Assembly (NCBI GenBank): GCA_040255835.1
Contig: JBDZVT010000004.1
Location: 109,877 to 173,876, forward strand
Reading direction: 5' to 3'
Source of the DNA: Lysobacteraceae bacterium
GTDB taxonomy: Bacteria > Pseudomonadota > Gammaproteobacteria > Xanthomonadales > Rhodanobacteraceae
Length of the DNA stretch: 64,000 bases
Part shown: piece by piece, positions 43,279 through 55,690 of the stretch
Layout: the number at the start of each line of letters is the position of its first letter
Numbering within the stretch: the stretch's first letter is position 1
The notes under the pieces: model-generated
Told to the model about the DNA's origin: nothing
The model's database searches: none
The model's input: the letters and a program-made list of their open reading frames with translations, nothing else
Made by a program: the position numbers and the translations under genes

Positions 43279-44889
43279 ATGATGGCGCCCGCCGCCGGCG
43301 AACGGGAGGCGCGCTGGCAGCGCGCCCGGCGCGCCCTGGATGCCGGTGACCTGCGCGCGGCGACCGCCGAGCTGGAGGCCATCGTGGCGCTCGACCCGCA
43401 GCAGCCGACGGCCTGGCTGACCCTGGCGCGCCTCGCCGTCGCGCACCAGCATTGCCGCGCGGCCATCGGGCATCTGCGCGCCGCCGCCGCGGCGGTGCGC
43501 GACTCGGGCCAGTGGCAGCTGCTGGCCGACCTGGCCCTGCAACTGGAAGGGCTGGGCGAAGCGCAGCTGGCGACGCAACTGATCCAGGCCGCAGGCACGG
43601 AGCATCCGCAGGTGCTGGCGGCCGCCGACCGGCTCGCCCAGTGCCTGGGCCAGGCCAACGTCCACGACGAAGCGCTGCGTCTCCTCGACGCGGCCCTGGC
43701 CCGGGGCCAGCCGACGCCGGGGCTGTCCTACATGCGCGCCACCACTCTGCGCCATCTGGGCCGCAAGGCGGAGGCCACCGCCGAGTACCAGCGTTGCCTT
43801 GAGCTCGCGCCCGACTCCGCGACGGCGATGCTGATGCTGGCCCAGCACGACCGCGCGGCCGATCCGGCGGCGCAACTGGCACGGATCCGCCAGGCCTTGC
43901 AACGCCTGTCGCCGCAGGACCATGCGAACGCGGCCACGTTGTATTACGCCTCGTTCATCCTGCTCGATGCGGCCGGGGATACCCGCGGCGCATGGGAGGC
44001 GATGGCGCGGGGGGCGGCGATCAAGCGCCGCAGCCTGCCCTGGCAGCCCGCGCGCGAGGAGGAGCGGGTGGCCGCGATCCGCGCCCTCTGCCGGAGGAGC
44101 TTTCTGGATCCGGTAGCGCCCACCGGCGAGGCCGGCCACGTGCCGATCTTCATCGTGGGCCAGCCACGCACCGGCACCACGGTGCTCGAGCGCATCCTGG
44201 GCAACCACAGCCAGGTCGCCTCGGCCGGCGAACTCAACGATTTCCACCTGCAGTTGTGCTGGCAGGCCGACCAGCTGGTCGAACACGTGGATCCGGTGCT
44301 GTTGCGTGCGTGCGGGGAGCTCGACTTCGGCGCGATCGGGCGCGGCTACCGGCAACGCACCGCCTGGCGCACGCGCGGCCGGCGCTTCCTGATCGACAAG
44401 CTGCCGGTCAATTTCTGGTATGCCGGCCTGATCCACAAGGCGATGCCGGAGGCGCGCCTCGTCTGCCTCGTGCGGGACCCGCTGGACACCTGTTTCTCCA
44501 ATCTGAAGGAGCTGTTCGCGGGGAACGCCTACCCCTACAGCTACGACCCGCTGGAGGCGGCGGCGCAACACCTGCGCTTCCGCCAGATGCTGCAGTACTG
44601 GGGAGAGGTGTTGCCCGGCGTGGTGCTGACCGTGCGCTATGAAGAGCTGGTGCGCGATCCCGAACCGGTGGCGCGTCGCGTGATGGAGCATTGCGGCCTG
44701 CCGTTCGAGCCCGGCTGCGTGGACCTGCTGCGCAACCGGGCGCCATCGGCGACGGCCAGCAGTTCGCAGGTACGCGAACCGCTGCACGCACGTGCCATCG
44801 GTGCCTGGCGCCGTTACGCGGAACCGCTGGAGGGCACCCGCGCCTGGCTGGCGGCGCGGCTGCCGCCGGAAACCTTCGAAGGCGGCTGA
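43279..44889 (+). CDS. TPR-repeat-containing sulfotransferase family protein
   Basis: The N-terminal ~270 aa are TPR-like helical repeats. The C-terminal domain has the PAPS 5'-PSB loop GQPRTGTTVLERIL and a 3'-PB-like region. Start at ATG 43279. Confidence 0.8.
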   Translation: MMAPAAGEREARWQRARRALDAGDLRAATAELEAIVALDPQQPTAWLTLARLAVAHQHCRAAIGHLRAAAAAVRDSGQWQLLADLALQLEGLGEAQLATQLIQAAGTEHPQVLAAADRLAQCLGQANVHDEALRLLDAALARGQPTPGLSYMRATTLRHLGRKAEATAEYQRCLELAPDSATAMLMLAQHDRAADPAAQLARIRQALQRLSPQDHANAATLYYASFILLDAAGDTRGAWEAMARGAAIKRRSLPWQPAREEERVAAIRALCRRSFLDPVAPTGEAGHVPIFIVGQPRTGTTVLERILGNHSQVASAGELNDFHLQLCWQADQLVEHVDPVLLRACGELDFGAIGRGYRQRTAWRTRGRRFLIDKLPVNFWYAGLIHKAMPEARLVCLVRDPLDTCFSNLKELFAGNAYPYSYDPLEAAAQHLRFRQMLQYWGEVLPGVVLTVRYEELVRDPEPVARRVMEHCGLPFEPGCVDLLRNRAPSATASSSQVREPLHARAIGAWRRYAEPLEGTRAWLAARLPPETFEGG

Positions 44890-45048
44890 GCCCGGCGGGA
44901 AACGCGCCGTCGCTTGCCCACCCCGGCGGCGGCGTATAGCCTGCTGGCGGTGGCGTCTCTTGGGCCGACAGGCGGATGGCCAGCGAGGGCATGGGGCGAT
45001 GAAGGCGGGCAAGGACAACCCCGGTGCACCGGTCGCGCGACGGGCGCG

Positions 45049-46347
45049 ATGTCGGCGCTGCGGGCCGCTGCCGTGAACGTGGCTGCGGACCCCGCGTTGG
45101 CGCGTTACGCGGCGCTGGACCAGCGGCTGCTGGCCGCGGTGCGCGGCATCCACATCCTGCCCACGGTGGCGTGGCCGGCGTCGCTGGAAAACCGCATGAT
45201 CGAGGCCTACGGGCAGGGTCGTTTCAGCCTGCCGGTCATTTCCTATGCGGTGCCCGACCTGGCCGAGGCGCGTGCCGAGCTGGCCGCGATCGAGGCCGAC
45301 GCGGTCGCGGCCGGCGCGGGCGATCCGCTGGGCGACTACCTGCGCCGCACCGCCGAGTCGTGGCAGGTCGCCGCGCAGATGCTCGAGGCGGTGGGCACGG
45401 CGGGTGTGACCGCGCCGTCGATCGCGCTGTACGGCAAGCCGGACGACCGCATCCCGGGCAGCCAGCGCAGCAACCTGGATGCGGCGCGCTATTTCGTCGA
45501 GCTGTCCGACGAGCTGGGCGCCGACCTGCTGGCCGACGACGGCGGCGCCGGCATCGACGCCGAGGTGCTGCGCGCGGCGCTGGCCGAGACGCTGGATGCG
45601 TTTTTCGGCGACGGCATGATCCGCGTCGAGGTCGACCCCGAGCTCACCGCCAAGGCGGCGGCGGGCGCCACCCGGATCCGCCTGCGCGGCGGCGCCAGCT
45701 TCAGCCAGTACGACCATCACCAGCTGCTCGCGCACGAGGCCTTCGTGCATTCGCTGACCGCGCTGAACGGGCGCCGCCAGCCGCTGCTGGCCTCGCTGGG
45801 GCGCACCTCGCCGCGGGTCACCGCCACCCAGGAAGGGCTGGCGGTATTCGCCGAACTGATCTCCGGCGCGATCGACATTGCCCGGCTGAAACGCATCAGC
45901 CTGCGCATCGTGGCGATCGACATGGCGCTGGGCGGCGCCGATTTCGTCGAGGTCTACCGCTATTTCCACGCCCGCGGGCAAAGCGTGGCCGACAGCTTCC
46001 ACTCGGCGCAGCGGGTATTCCGCGGGGTGCCGCCGGGCGGTGGCGCGGTGTTCGCCAAGGACAACGTCTACCTGTCCGGCCTGCTCACCGTGCACACCTT
46101 CTTCCGCTGGGCCTTGCGCCAGCGCCGGCTCGACCTGCTGCGCTACCTGTTCGCCGGCAAGCTGGCGCTGCACGACGTGATCAGCCTGCAGCCGCATTTC
46201 GCCTCCGGCGCGATCCTGCCGCCGCGCTGGCTGCCGCCGTGGATGCAGCACGTGCACGGGCTGGCCGGCAAGCTGGCGTTCTCCGTCTTCATCAACGGCA
46301 TCCACATGGATCGGGTGCGCGAGGACGACCTGCTTCCCGGGCCGTGA
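45049..46347 (+). CDS. QEGLA-motif protein (DUF1704, flavohemoglobin expression-modulating family)
   Basis: Contains HEAFVHSLT (HExxH-like) and the family signature TATQEGLAVFAE. ATG at 45049. Confidence 0.75.
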   Translation: MSALRAAAVNVAADPALARYAALDQRLLAAVRGIHILPTVAWPASLENRMIEAYGQGRFSLPVISYAVPDLAEARAELAAIEADAVAAGAGDPLGDYLRRTAESWQVAAQMLEAVGTAGVTAPSIALYGKPDDRIPGSQRSNLDAARYFVELSDELGADLLADDGGAGIDAEVLRAALAETLDAFFGDGMIRVEVDPELTAKAAAGATRIRLRGGASFSQYDHHQLLAHEAFVHSLTALNGRRQPLLASLGRTSPRVTATQEGLAVFAELISGAIDIARLKRISLRIVAIDMALGGADFVEVYRYFHARGQSVADSFHSAQRVFRGVPPGGGAVFAKDNVYLSGLLTVHTFFRWALRQRRLDLLRYLFAGKLALHDVISLQPHFASGAILPPRWLPPWMQHVHGLAGKLAFSVFINGIHMDRVREDDLLPGP

Positions 46348-46447
46348 AGGCGCCTGGCGCGGCCAGTGGCACGGGCCCAGGTGCTACCATCGTTGCCCGC
46401 CATCACGCTGGCCGATGGCGCCCACCTACTGGAAAAAAGCCCTACCC

Positions 46448-48739
<2,292 letters not shown>

Positions 48740-48884
48740 GCGGTTCCGGCGGCCCATGCGCCGGCGCACGGATCGTTCATTGGCGGCAGCTCCGGCTTAG
48801 CGGCTAAACTCATGTGTTGTCGCGTCGCGCCCCCGGCGACGCGAACCTTTTGCAGGCCCGCCCGACGGTGCCGTGGAGAATCTC

Positions 48885-51590
48885 ATGGATCAGCTCGACG
48901 ATATCCTGGACCAGGATCCCGACCCCATCGAAACCCGCGAGTGGATCGATTCGCTCGACGCGGTGATCCAGCATGACGGCACCGAACGCGCGCATTACCT
49001 GCTGGAAAGGATGGTCGACACCACCCGTCGCTCCGGTGGCTACCTGCCATTCAACCCCACCACCGAGTACGTCAACACGATCCCGCCCGGCATGGAGGCC
49101 AAGAGCCCCGGCGACGCGGCGATGGAGTGGCGCATCCGCTGCCTGATCCGCTGGAACGCGATGGCGATGGTGGTGCGCGCCAACCGCCGGCCCGGTTCGC
49201 TGGGCGGCCACATCGCCAGCTTCGCCTCCTCGGCGACGCTGTACGACGTGGGCTTCAACCATTTCTGGCGCGCCCCCAGCGCCGACCACCCCGGCGACCT
49301 GATCGGCTACCAGGGCCACATCAGCCCCGGCATCTACGCACGTTCCTTCCTCGAAGGCCGCATCGGCGAGGAGCGGCTGGACCTGTTCCGCGCCGACGTG
49401 GTCGGCGGCGAGCAGTCGCTCACCTCCTATCCGCACCCCTGGCTGATGCCGGACTACTGGCAGATGCCCACCGTGTCGATGGGGCTGGGCCCGATCCAGG
49501 CGATCTACCAGGCCCAGTTCTTCCGCTACCTGGAGAACCGCGGCCTGATGCCCAGGACCGACCGCAAGGTGTGGTGCTTCCTGGGCGACGGCGAGGTGGA
49601 CGAGCCCGAATCGCTGGGCGCGATCTCGCTGGCCGGACGCGAGGGCCTGGACAACCTGATCTTCGTGATCAACTGCAACCTGCAGCGGCTGGACGGCCCG
49701 GTGCGCGGCAACGGCAAGATCATCCAGGAGCTGGAAGGCGTGTTCCGCGGCGCCGGCTGGAACGCCATCAAGGTGATCTGGGGCAGCTACTGGGACGCGC
49801 TGCTGGCGCGTGACAAGGACGGCACCCTGCGCAAGCTGATGATGGAAACCGTGGACGGCGAGTACCAGGCCTGCAAGGCCTTCGGCGGCGCCTACACCCG
49901 CGAGCATTTCTTCGGAAAATACCCGCAGACCCGCGAGATGGTGGCCAACTTCAGCGACGACGACGTCTGGCGCCTGAATCGCGGCGGCCATGATCCGCAC
50001 AAGGTCTACGCCGCCTACCACGCGGCGGTGAACACCAAGGGCATGCCCACGGTGATCCTGGCCAAGACGGTGAAGGGTTACGGCATGGGCATCGGCTCGG
50101 GCGAGGCGGAAAACCCCACCCACCAGCAGAAGAAGATGACCGGGGACGCGGTGCGCGTGTTCCGCGACCGCTTCCAGATCCCGGTGCCCGACGACAAGCT
50201 CGACAGCGTGCCGTACTACCACCCCGGAGCGAATTCGCCGGAGGTGGAATACATGCTGGAGCGCCGCCGCGCACTGGGCGGCTTCCTGCCGCAGCGCCGC
50301 CGCCGCACCGACGTGCCGTGCAAGGCGCCGGAACTGTCGGCGTTCGAGCAGATCACCAAGGGCAGCGGCGAGCGCGAGATCTCCAACACCATGGCGCTGG
50401 TGCGCGGCATGAACCTGTTGCTGCGCGACAAGCAGCTCGGCCCGCGCGTGGTGCCGATCGTGGCCGACGAGGCGCGCACCTTCGGCATGGAGGGCATGTT
50501 CCGCCAGATCGGCATCTACGCGCCGTTCGGCCAGAAGTATCGTCCGCAGGATGCCGACCAGCTCTTGTACTACCGCGAGGCGCAGGACGGCCAGGTGCTG
50601 CAGGAAGGCATCTCCGAGGCTGGCGGCGTGTCGGCGTGGATCGCGGCGGGCACCAGCTATTCGCTGTCCAACCAGCCGATGCTGCCGTTCTTCATCTACT
50701 ACTCGTTCTTCGGCTTCCGCCGCATCGGCGACCTGATCTGGGCCGCCGGCGACCAGCGCGCGCGCGGCTTTCTCATCGGCGCCACCGCCGGCGCCAGTTT
50801 CCCCGGTGAAGGCCTGCAGCATTCGGATTGTGCCTCGCACCTGATGGCCGGCACCTTCCCCAACTGCCGCGCCTACGACCCGACCTGGTCGTACGAGGTG
50901 GCGGTGCTGCTGCATCACGGCGTCAAGGAGATGTACGAAGACCAGCAGGACGTCTTCTATTACATCACCACCACCAACGAGAACTATGTCCACCCGGACA
51001 TGCCCGAGGGGTGCTACGACGGCATCGTCAAGGGCATGTACCTGTTCCGGGATGCGGGTGCCGCCAAGGGCAAGGGCAAGAGCGCCGCGCCGCGCGTGCA
51101 GCTGATGGCGGCCGGCGGTTCGCTGATCGAGGCGATCGCGGCGGCCGAGCTGCTGGATGCCGACTTCGGCGTGAAGGCCGACATCTGGTCCTGCCCCAGC
51201 TTCAGCGAGCTGTCGCGCGATGGCTTCGACTGCGAACGCTGGAACCGCCTGCACCCGGAAGCGGAACAGCGCGTGCCGCACGTCACCGCCAATCTGGCCG
51301 GGCGCGATGGTCCGGTGATCGCCGCCAGCGAATACGTGCGCGGCGTGGTCGACCAGGTGCGCGCCTTCATGCCCGAGGGGCGGTCCTTCACCGCCCTGGG
51401 CGCCGACGGCTATGGCCGCTCCGATACCCGCGAGCACCTGCGCGAGTTCTTCGAGATCAGCCGCTACTGGATCGCCCACGCCGCGCTGGCCGCGCTGGCG
51501 AAGGAGGGCAAGGTCAACGCCAAGGACGTCAGCCGCGCGATCAAGGAGTACAAGCTCGACCCGGACAAGCCCAACCCGCTGACCGTCTGA
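48885..51590 (+). CDS. aceE: pyruvate dehydrogenase E1 component (homodimeric type)
   Basis: ATG at 48885, 6 nt after GGAGA (the track start 48873 is GTG). DPIETREWIDSL and the ThDP motif GDGEVDEPE...NCNLQRLDG. Confidence 0.96.
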   Translation: MDQLDDILDQDPDPIETREWIDSLDAVIQHDGTERAHYLLERMVDTTRRSGGYLPFNPTTEYVNTIPPGMEAKSPGDAAMEWRIRCLIRWNAMAMVVRANRRPGSLGGHIASFASSATLYDVGFNHFWRAPSADHPGDLIGYQGHISPGIYARSFLEGRIGEERLDLFRADVVGGEQSLTSYPHPWLMPDYWQMPTVSMGLGPIQAIYQAQFFRYLENRGLMPRTDRKVWCFLGDGEVDEPESLGAISLAGREGLDNLIFVINCNLQRLDGPVRGNGKIIQELEGVFRGAGWNAIKVIWGSYWDALLARDKDGTLRKLMMETVDGEYQACKAFGGAYTREHFFGKYPQTREMVANFSDDDVWRLNRGGHDPHKVYAAYHAAVNTKGMPTVILAKTVKGYGMGIGSGEAENPTHQQKKMTGDAVRVFRDRFQIPVPDDKLDSVPYYHPGANSPEVEYMLERRRALGGFLPQRRRRTDVPCKAPELSAFEQITKGSGEREISNTMALVRGMNLLLRDKQLGPRVVPIVADEARTFGMEGMFRQIGIYAPFGQKYRPQDADQLLYYREAQDGQVLQEGISEAGGVSAWIAAGTSYSLSNQPMLPFFIYYSFFGFRRIGDLIWAAGDQRARGFLIGATAGASFPGEGLQHSDCASHLMAGTFPNCRAYDPTWSYEVAVLLHHGVKEMYEDQQDVFYYITTTNENYVHPDMPEGCYDGIVKGMYLFRDAGAAKGKGKSAAPRVQLMAAGGSLIEAIAAAELLDADFGVKADIWSCPSFSELSRDGFDCERWNRLHPEAEQRVPHVTANLAGRDGPVIAASEYVRGVVDQVRAFMPEGRSFTALGADGYGRSDTREHLREFFEISRYWIAHAALAALAKEGKVNAKDVSRAIKEYKLDPDKPNPLTV

Positions 51591-51610
51591 GTCTCGCTGT
51601 CGCGATCTGG

Positions 51611-51636
51611 AAAAGCCGCCCTCCGGGGCGGCTTTT
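51611..51636. terminator. bidirectional rho-independent terminator between aceE and the MFS gene
   Basis: AAAA-GCCGCCC-TCCG-GGGCGGC-TTTT lies between the two convergent stop codons. Confidence 0.85.
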
Positions 51637-51645
51637 CGCTGCCGG

Positions 51646-53247
51646 TCATTCCGCCGACAGTGCCTGCTGGATCGCCTCCAGCCCGTGGCCGCGGGTCTCG
51701 ATGCCCCGGCGGGCGAGCATCCAGGCGGCAACCCCCATCGGCAGGGCGATCAGCAGCGCCGACAGCACGAAGTGCCCGAACAGCCCGGACACGCCCAGCA
51801 GCGCGCCCAGGATGCCACCGAGTTTCGAGCCGCCGGCGATCAGGCCAGCGCCGGTGCTGCGCAGGTGCACCGGGTAGATTTCCGCCGCGTACGGGATCAG
51901 CGTGGCGATCACCCCGCTGATGCTCAGCAACAGCAGCACCGTGGCGGTGGTGGTCAGCGCCGGCGAGCGCAGCTGCATCGCGCCGATCGCGCAGAACAGC
52001 AACAGCGCGGCGGCGGTCAGGGCGATGAACAGCACCAGCGTGCGGATGCTGCTCCAGCGCTGGTAGCCCCACACCACCAGGGCGATGCCGGGCAGCGCGA
52101 GGATCGCCGAGCGCGCCAGCAGCGCCGCGCTGGCCTGGGCATCGACGCCCAGCGTGACCAGGTTCGCCGGCAGCCACAGCAGGAAGCCGAAGTTGGCCAG
52201 GCCCCAGGCCACCGCGCAGGTCAGCAGCCCCCAGGTGATCGCCGCGTGGCGACCGCGCAGCAACTGGCGCATGCCGACGCGCGCCGCGGTCGGCGGTGCG
52301 GTGGCCACGCCGGCATCGACGACGTCGACTGATGCCGCCTGGCCCGAGAACCGGCGCAACACCGCGCGCGCCTGCTCTTCCAGGCCGCTCAGCGCGAGAA
52401 AGCGCGGCGACTCCGGAATGTAGCGGTTGAGCAGCACGATCAGCGCGCCGGTGGGCAGGTTCAGCAGCCACAGCGAGCGCCAGCTGTAGGTCGGCTCGAA
52501 CAGCGTCGCCGCGCCGGAGGCGAGCAGGTAGCCGGCCGAGGTGCCCACGCCGCCCAGCGCCACCAGCAGCCAGCCGCGGTGCCGCGTGGGGATGGTCTCG
52601 GCCATCAGGGTGAAGGTGATCGGCAGCATGCCGCCAGCGGCCGCGCCCATCATGAAGCACATCACCAGGTTGCCACCGAAGGCCGGCATCGCGCCACAGA
52701 TCGCCGTACCCATGAACATCAGCGCCGACAACAGGATCGCCGCGCGGCGGCCGAACAGATCACCCAGCCGGCCCCATACCACCGACCCGACCACGGTGCC
52801 GGTCAACGCCGACAAGGCCAGGAAGCCCGCGGTGGAACCGCTGATGCCGTACTCGACCGCCATGCCCGGCATCGCGAAGCCGATCGTGGCCGGCTTCATC
52901 ACGTCCACCGCCAGCGCGACCGTGAGCACGCCGACCAGCTTCCAGTGCTCGCGGTTGAGCGGCACGTGGTCGGCGACATGGAACGACACCGCGCGGCGAT
53001 CCGGACGGGCGGTGCGCCGCATCTGCTCCATCCGCGGCATCAGCCCGTAGCCGGCCAGCAGCACGCCCAGCGGCACCAGCGCCATGCCGGTCAGCATCAG
53101 GCCATCCATCGGCATGCCGGCGAGCCGGTAGTGCATCGGCGCGGCCATGGCCAGCATCGGCAGGTGCGCCAGCACGCCGGCGATCACCGCGGCGCAGCCG
53201 AGCCAGAACGCGACCGGGTGGTGGAAGGTGAGATCCCTGGAATGCAT
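51646..53247 (-). CDS. MFS transporter
   Basis: 533 aa with about 12-14 TM helices. MFS loop motif GRLGDLFGRR between TM2 and TM3. Confidence 0.8.
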   Translation of the reverse strand: MHSRDLTFHHPVAFWLGCAAVIAGVLAHLPMLAMAAPMHYRLAGMPMDGLMLTGMALVPLGVLLAGYGLMPRMEQMRRTARPDRRAVSFHVADHVPLNREHWKLVGVLTVALAVDVMKPATIGFAMPGMAVEYGISGSTAGFLALSALTGTVVGSVVWGRLGDLFGRRAAILLSALMFMGTAICGAMPAFGGNLVMCFMMGAAAGGMLPITFTLMAETIPTRHRGWLLVALGGVGTSAGYLLASGAATLFEPTYSWRSLWLLNLPTGALIVLLNRYIPESPRFLALSGLEEQARAVLRRFSGQAASVDVVDAGVATAPPTAARVGMRQLLRGRHAAITWGLLTCAVAWGLANFGFLLWLPANLVTLGVDAQASAALLARSAILALPGIALVVWGYQRWSSIRTLVLFIALTAAALLLFCAIGAMQLRSPALTTTATVLLLLSISGVIATLIPYAAEIYPVHLRSTGAGLIAGGSKLGGILGALLGVSGLFGHFVLSALLIALPMGVAAWMLARRGIETRGHGLEAIQQALSAE

Positions 53248-53318
53248 GCAGCGACTGCCTGGCGGGGGCAGCCGCAGCTTAGCAGCGACTCAGGCGGTAG
53301 CGTCGGCGCCCGGCGGGC

Positions 53319-53660
53319 TCACTCGTCGTCGCTGCGGAAGGCGCGACGCAACAGCAGGAAGGCGCCGATCGTGCCGGCAATGATCGCCACCGTGGCGGCG
53401 GGGTGCTGGCGCACCTGGCGACGCACGCGGCGGTAGCGGTAGTTGGCCTCGTCGGCGAGATCGCCGGCGACCCGCGTCAGTTGCCGCCGATAGTCGCTGC
53501 CGCGGTCGGAGAAGCGATCGCGGATGCGCTGGCCGTGCCGGAACAGGCCGCGTACCGCGCCGCCGGCGCCATCGGCGTATTCGCGCGCACGGTCGCCGGC
53601 ACGCTCGGCGGCGACCTCCGCGGCGTCGCGAAGATGCTGCTCGATTTCACGGTGATGCAT
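53319..53660 (-). CDS. DUF883 (ElaB/YqjD/YgaM-like) tail-anchored protein
   Basis: ATG at 53660. Charged helical N-terminal region and a single C-terminal TM (HPAATVAIIAGTIGAFLLL). Confidence 0.65.
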   Translation of the reverse strand: MHHREIEQHLRDAAEVAAERAGDRAREYADGAGGAVRGLFRHGQRIRDRFSDRGSDYRRQLTRVAGDLADEANYRYRRVRRQVRQHPAATVAIIAGTIGAFLLLRRAFRSDDE

Positions 53661-53795
53661 GGCGTTCTTCCTCCGGGTCGCTGGGGATCCACCCTGCCAG
53701 CGGCGCCGTGACTGCCGCGTAAAGCAGCCGGTGAGTCCGGGCGGGACCCGGCGTTTCATTCAGGCATGCGAACGGGCCGGGGACCGGGCGGCCGG

Positions 53796-55640
53796 CTAGG
53801 GTTCGAGCGTCACCACCCGCGACAGCTTGGACACGCCGCGCTCGTCGAACGCCTCCACCGCCACCACGTAGCGCACGCCCTTGTTCAGCGCGCGCAGCTC
53901 CAGCCGCGTCGGCTGGTCGGCGAAGCGTTGATAGGTCTCGTGCAGGCGGTCGGCCGACAGTCCCCAGCGCACGTTGTAGCCGACCGCGCCGGGCACCGCC
54001 TTCCACGCGATTTCGGCGTCGCGGGCGTCGGCCAGGCGGTGCGCGGAGACCAGCACCGGCGCGGGTGGCGGCGGGCCGTCGGCGTTGCCGAACACGCGCA
54101 GGTCGGAGATCGCCAGGGTGTGCGCGCCGACGTGGCCGTGCACGTAGCGCACGTAGCGGATGCGTGCCGGGTGGTCGAGTTCGAGGTAGGCGTTGGGGCG
54201 GTCGCGGGTCTCGTGCGAGAGGTCGGCCAGGGTGCTCCACCGCTTGCCGTCGAGCGAGCCGTCGAGGCGGAACTGCGTGACGATGTCGGGTGCGTCGCCG
54301 TAGCGGCCGGAGCGGTAGTCGGCGTAGTCCACCTGTACCGCGCGCACCGTGCGCGGCCCGCCGAGGTCGAGCGTGAGCGTCTGGCCGGCGGTGGTGTCCG
54401 ATGCGGCCCAGAACGTGCGCGGATTCTCGTCGGTCACCTCCGACGGCGGATGCCCCGGCTGCTGCGACGACGCGCTGGCGGCCTTGCGGTAGGACAGCAG
54501 CATCCAGCCGGTGAAGGTGCTCTCGCCTTCGCGCAACGGATGGTCGGGCATGCGCTGCGGGAAATCACCGAAGCGGGTGTCGACCCACATCTGGCCGTCC
54601 GCGTGGAAGCCGGCGGGGAACAGCTCCACGCGCCGCTCGAACTTCCAGTTCAGCCCGACCCACATGGTGCCGCTGTTCCACCAGTTGCCGTGCGCATCCT
54701 GGAAAGTGGATCCGTGACCGGCGCCGGTGGCGAAGCCGCCCGGCTTGTAGCCGACCGGGTTGTACGGTGCGTAGGTGAACGGCCCGAGCGGGCCGCTGCC
54801 GACGTAGACGCCGGTGGCGTAGACGTTGAACTCGGTGCCCGGCGCGGCGTATTGCAGGTAGTAGCGGCCGCCGTGGCGGTTCATCCAGGCGCCTTCGACG
54901 TAGGGCGCGATGCGGGTGTCGGTGTGGTCGCGGCCGAAGCGTTCCCAGCCGTGCTGCTCCGGATGCGCGCGCAGCAACGCCTGCGGCTTGCCGACGAAAC
55001 GCGCGCGCTTGCCTTCGCCCTCGTCGGCGTGGTCCAGCGCCAGGTCGATCTGCGCGCCGTACAGCGGAAACACGTTGGACGAATCCCAGTACAGATAGGT
55101 CTTGCCGTCCTGGTCGCGGAACAGGCCCGGATCCCACGGCCCCGGCGGCAGGTCGCCCGGCTTCATGGCGCTCTCGTGGCCGGCCCATACCGCGCCCGGC
55201 ACCGGCGGCAGCAGGCGCGTCCAGAAATCCCAGTGGCCGTGATCCGGATCGGTGGAATACAACAGTGGCCGGGGTTCCATCGCCGACTGCATCAAAAACA
55301 GCTTGCCGTCGGTGGCCAGGGTGGCCGGCGCCACCGGGCCGTCGAATGGCCATCTATCCGGCCGCACGAATTGCCAGTGCACCAGGTCGTCCGAGCGCCA
55401 GTAGCCGTCGGCCAGCGTGAGGAACAGGTAGTACGCATCGCGGTAGCGCACGATGGCGGGGTCGGCGCCGGTGCGGTACGAGATGCCGGCGTTCATCTGC
55501 TCGTAGTTGTAGCGGTAGTCGAGGTCGAGCGGATTGGCCCAGGTGCGGCCGCCGCTGCCGGCCGCCGCGCACGGTGCGGCCAAAATGGCCGCGAACGCGA
55601 CCAGCCGGAGCAGGCAGGTGTCGAACCTCGAGGCGGACAT
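53796..55640 (-). CDS. secreted glycoside hydrolase family 43 with F5/8 type C (discoidin) and FN3 domains
   Basis: ATG at 55640 with a signal peptide. GH43 propeller motifs (ADPAIVRYRDAYYLF, WDPGLFRDQDGKTYLYW, VEGAWMNRHGGRYYLQY), then a discoidin-like domain and an FN3-like tail. Confidence 0.8.
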   Translation of the reverse strand: MSASRFDTCLLRLVAFAAILAAPCAAAGSGGRTWANPLDLDYRYNYEQMNAGISYRTGADPAIVRYRDAYYLFLTLADGYWRSDDLVHWQFVRPDRWPFDGPVAPATLATDGKLFLMQSAMEPRPLLYSTDPDHGHWDFWTRLLPPVPGAVWAGHESAMKPGDLPPGPWDPGLFRDQDGKTYLYWDSSNVFPLYGAQIDLALDHADEGEGKRARFVGKPQALLRAHPEQHGWERFGRDHTDTRIAPYVEGAWMNRHGGRYYLQYAAPGTEFNVYATGVYVGSGPLGPFTYAPYNPVGYKPGGFATGAGHGSTFQDAHGNWWNSGTMWVGLNWKFERRVELFPAGFHADGQMWVDTRFGDFPQRMPDHPLREGESTFTGWMLLSYRKAASASSQQPGHPPSEVTDENPRTFWAASDTTAGQTLTLDLGGPRTVRAVQVDYADYRSGRYGDAPDIVTQFRLDGSLDGKRWSTLADLSHETRDRPNAYLELDHPARIRYVRYVHGHVGAHTLAISDLRVFGNADGPPPPAPVLVSAHRLADARDAEIAWKAVPGAVGYNVRWGLSADRLHETYQRFADQPTRLELRALNKGVRYVVAVEAFDERGVSKLSRVVTLEP

Positions 55641-55690
55641 GCGGCGAGCATGCGCCACCGGTGCGGCTCGTGCAACGAAACACGGATGCG

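Noticed and set aside
41923-46305. A 1460-codon open reading frame on the minus strand spanning 4.4 kb.
   Set aside because: It runs antisense to three well-supported plus-strand genes (rsgA, TPR-sulfotransferase, QEGLA protein) and across their intergenic regions. Its translation is low-complexity and Arg/Ala/Gly/Pro-rich with no recognisable motif. Long stop-free antisense frames are expected in DNA this GC-rich because stop codons are AT-rich.
48810-51731. A 973-codon minus-strand ORF, plus the 775-codon ORF at 46442..48769.
   Set aside because: They are antisense to aceE and maeB, whose translations carry unmistakable family motifs. The composition is typical of an off-frame GC-rich artefact.
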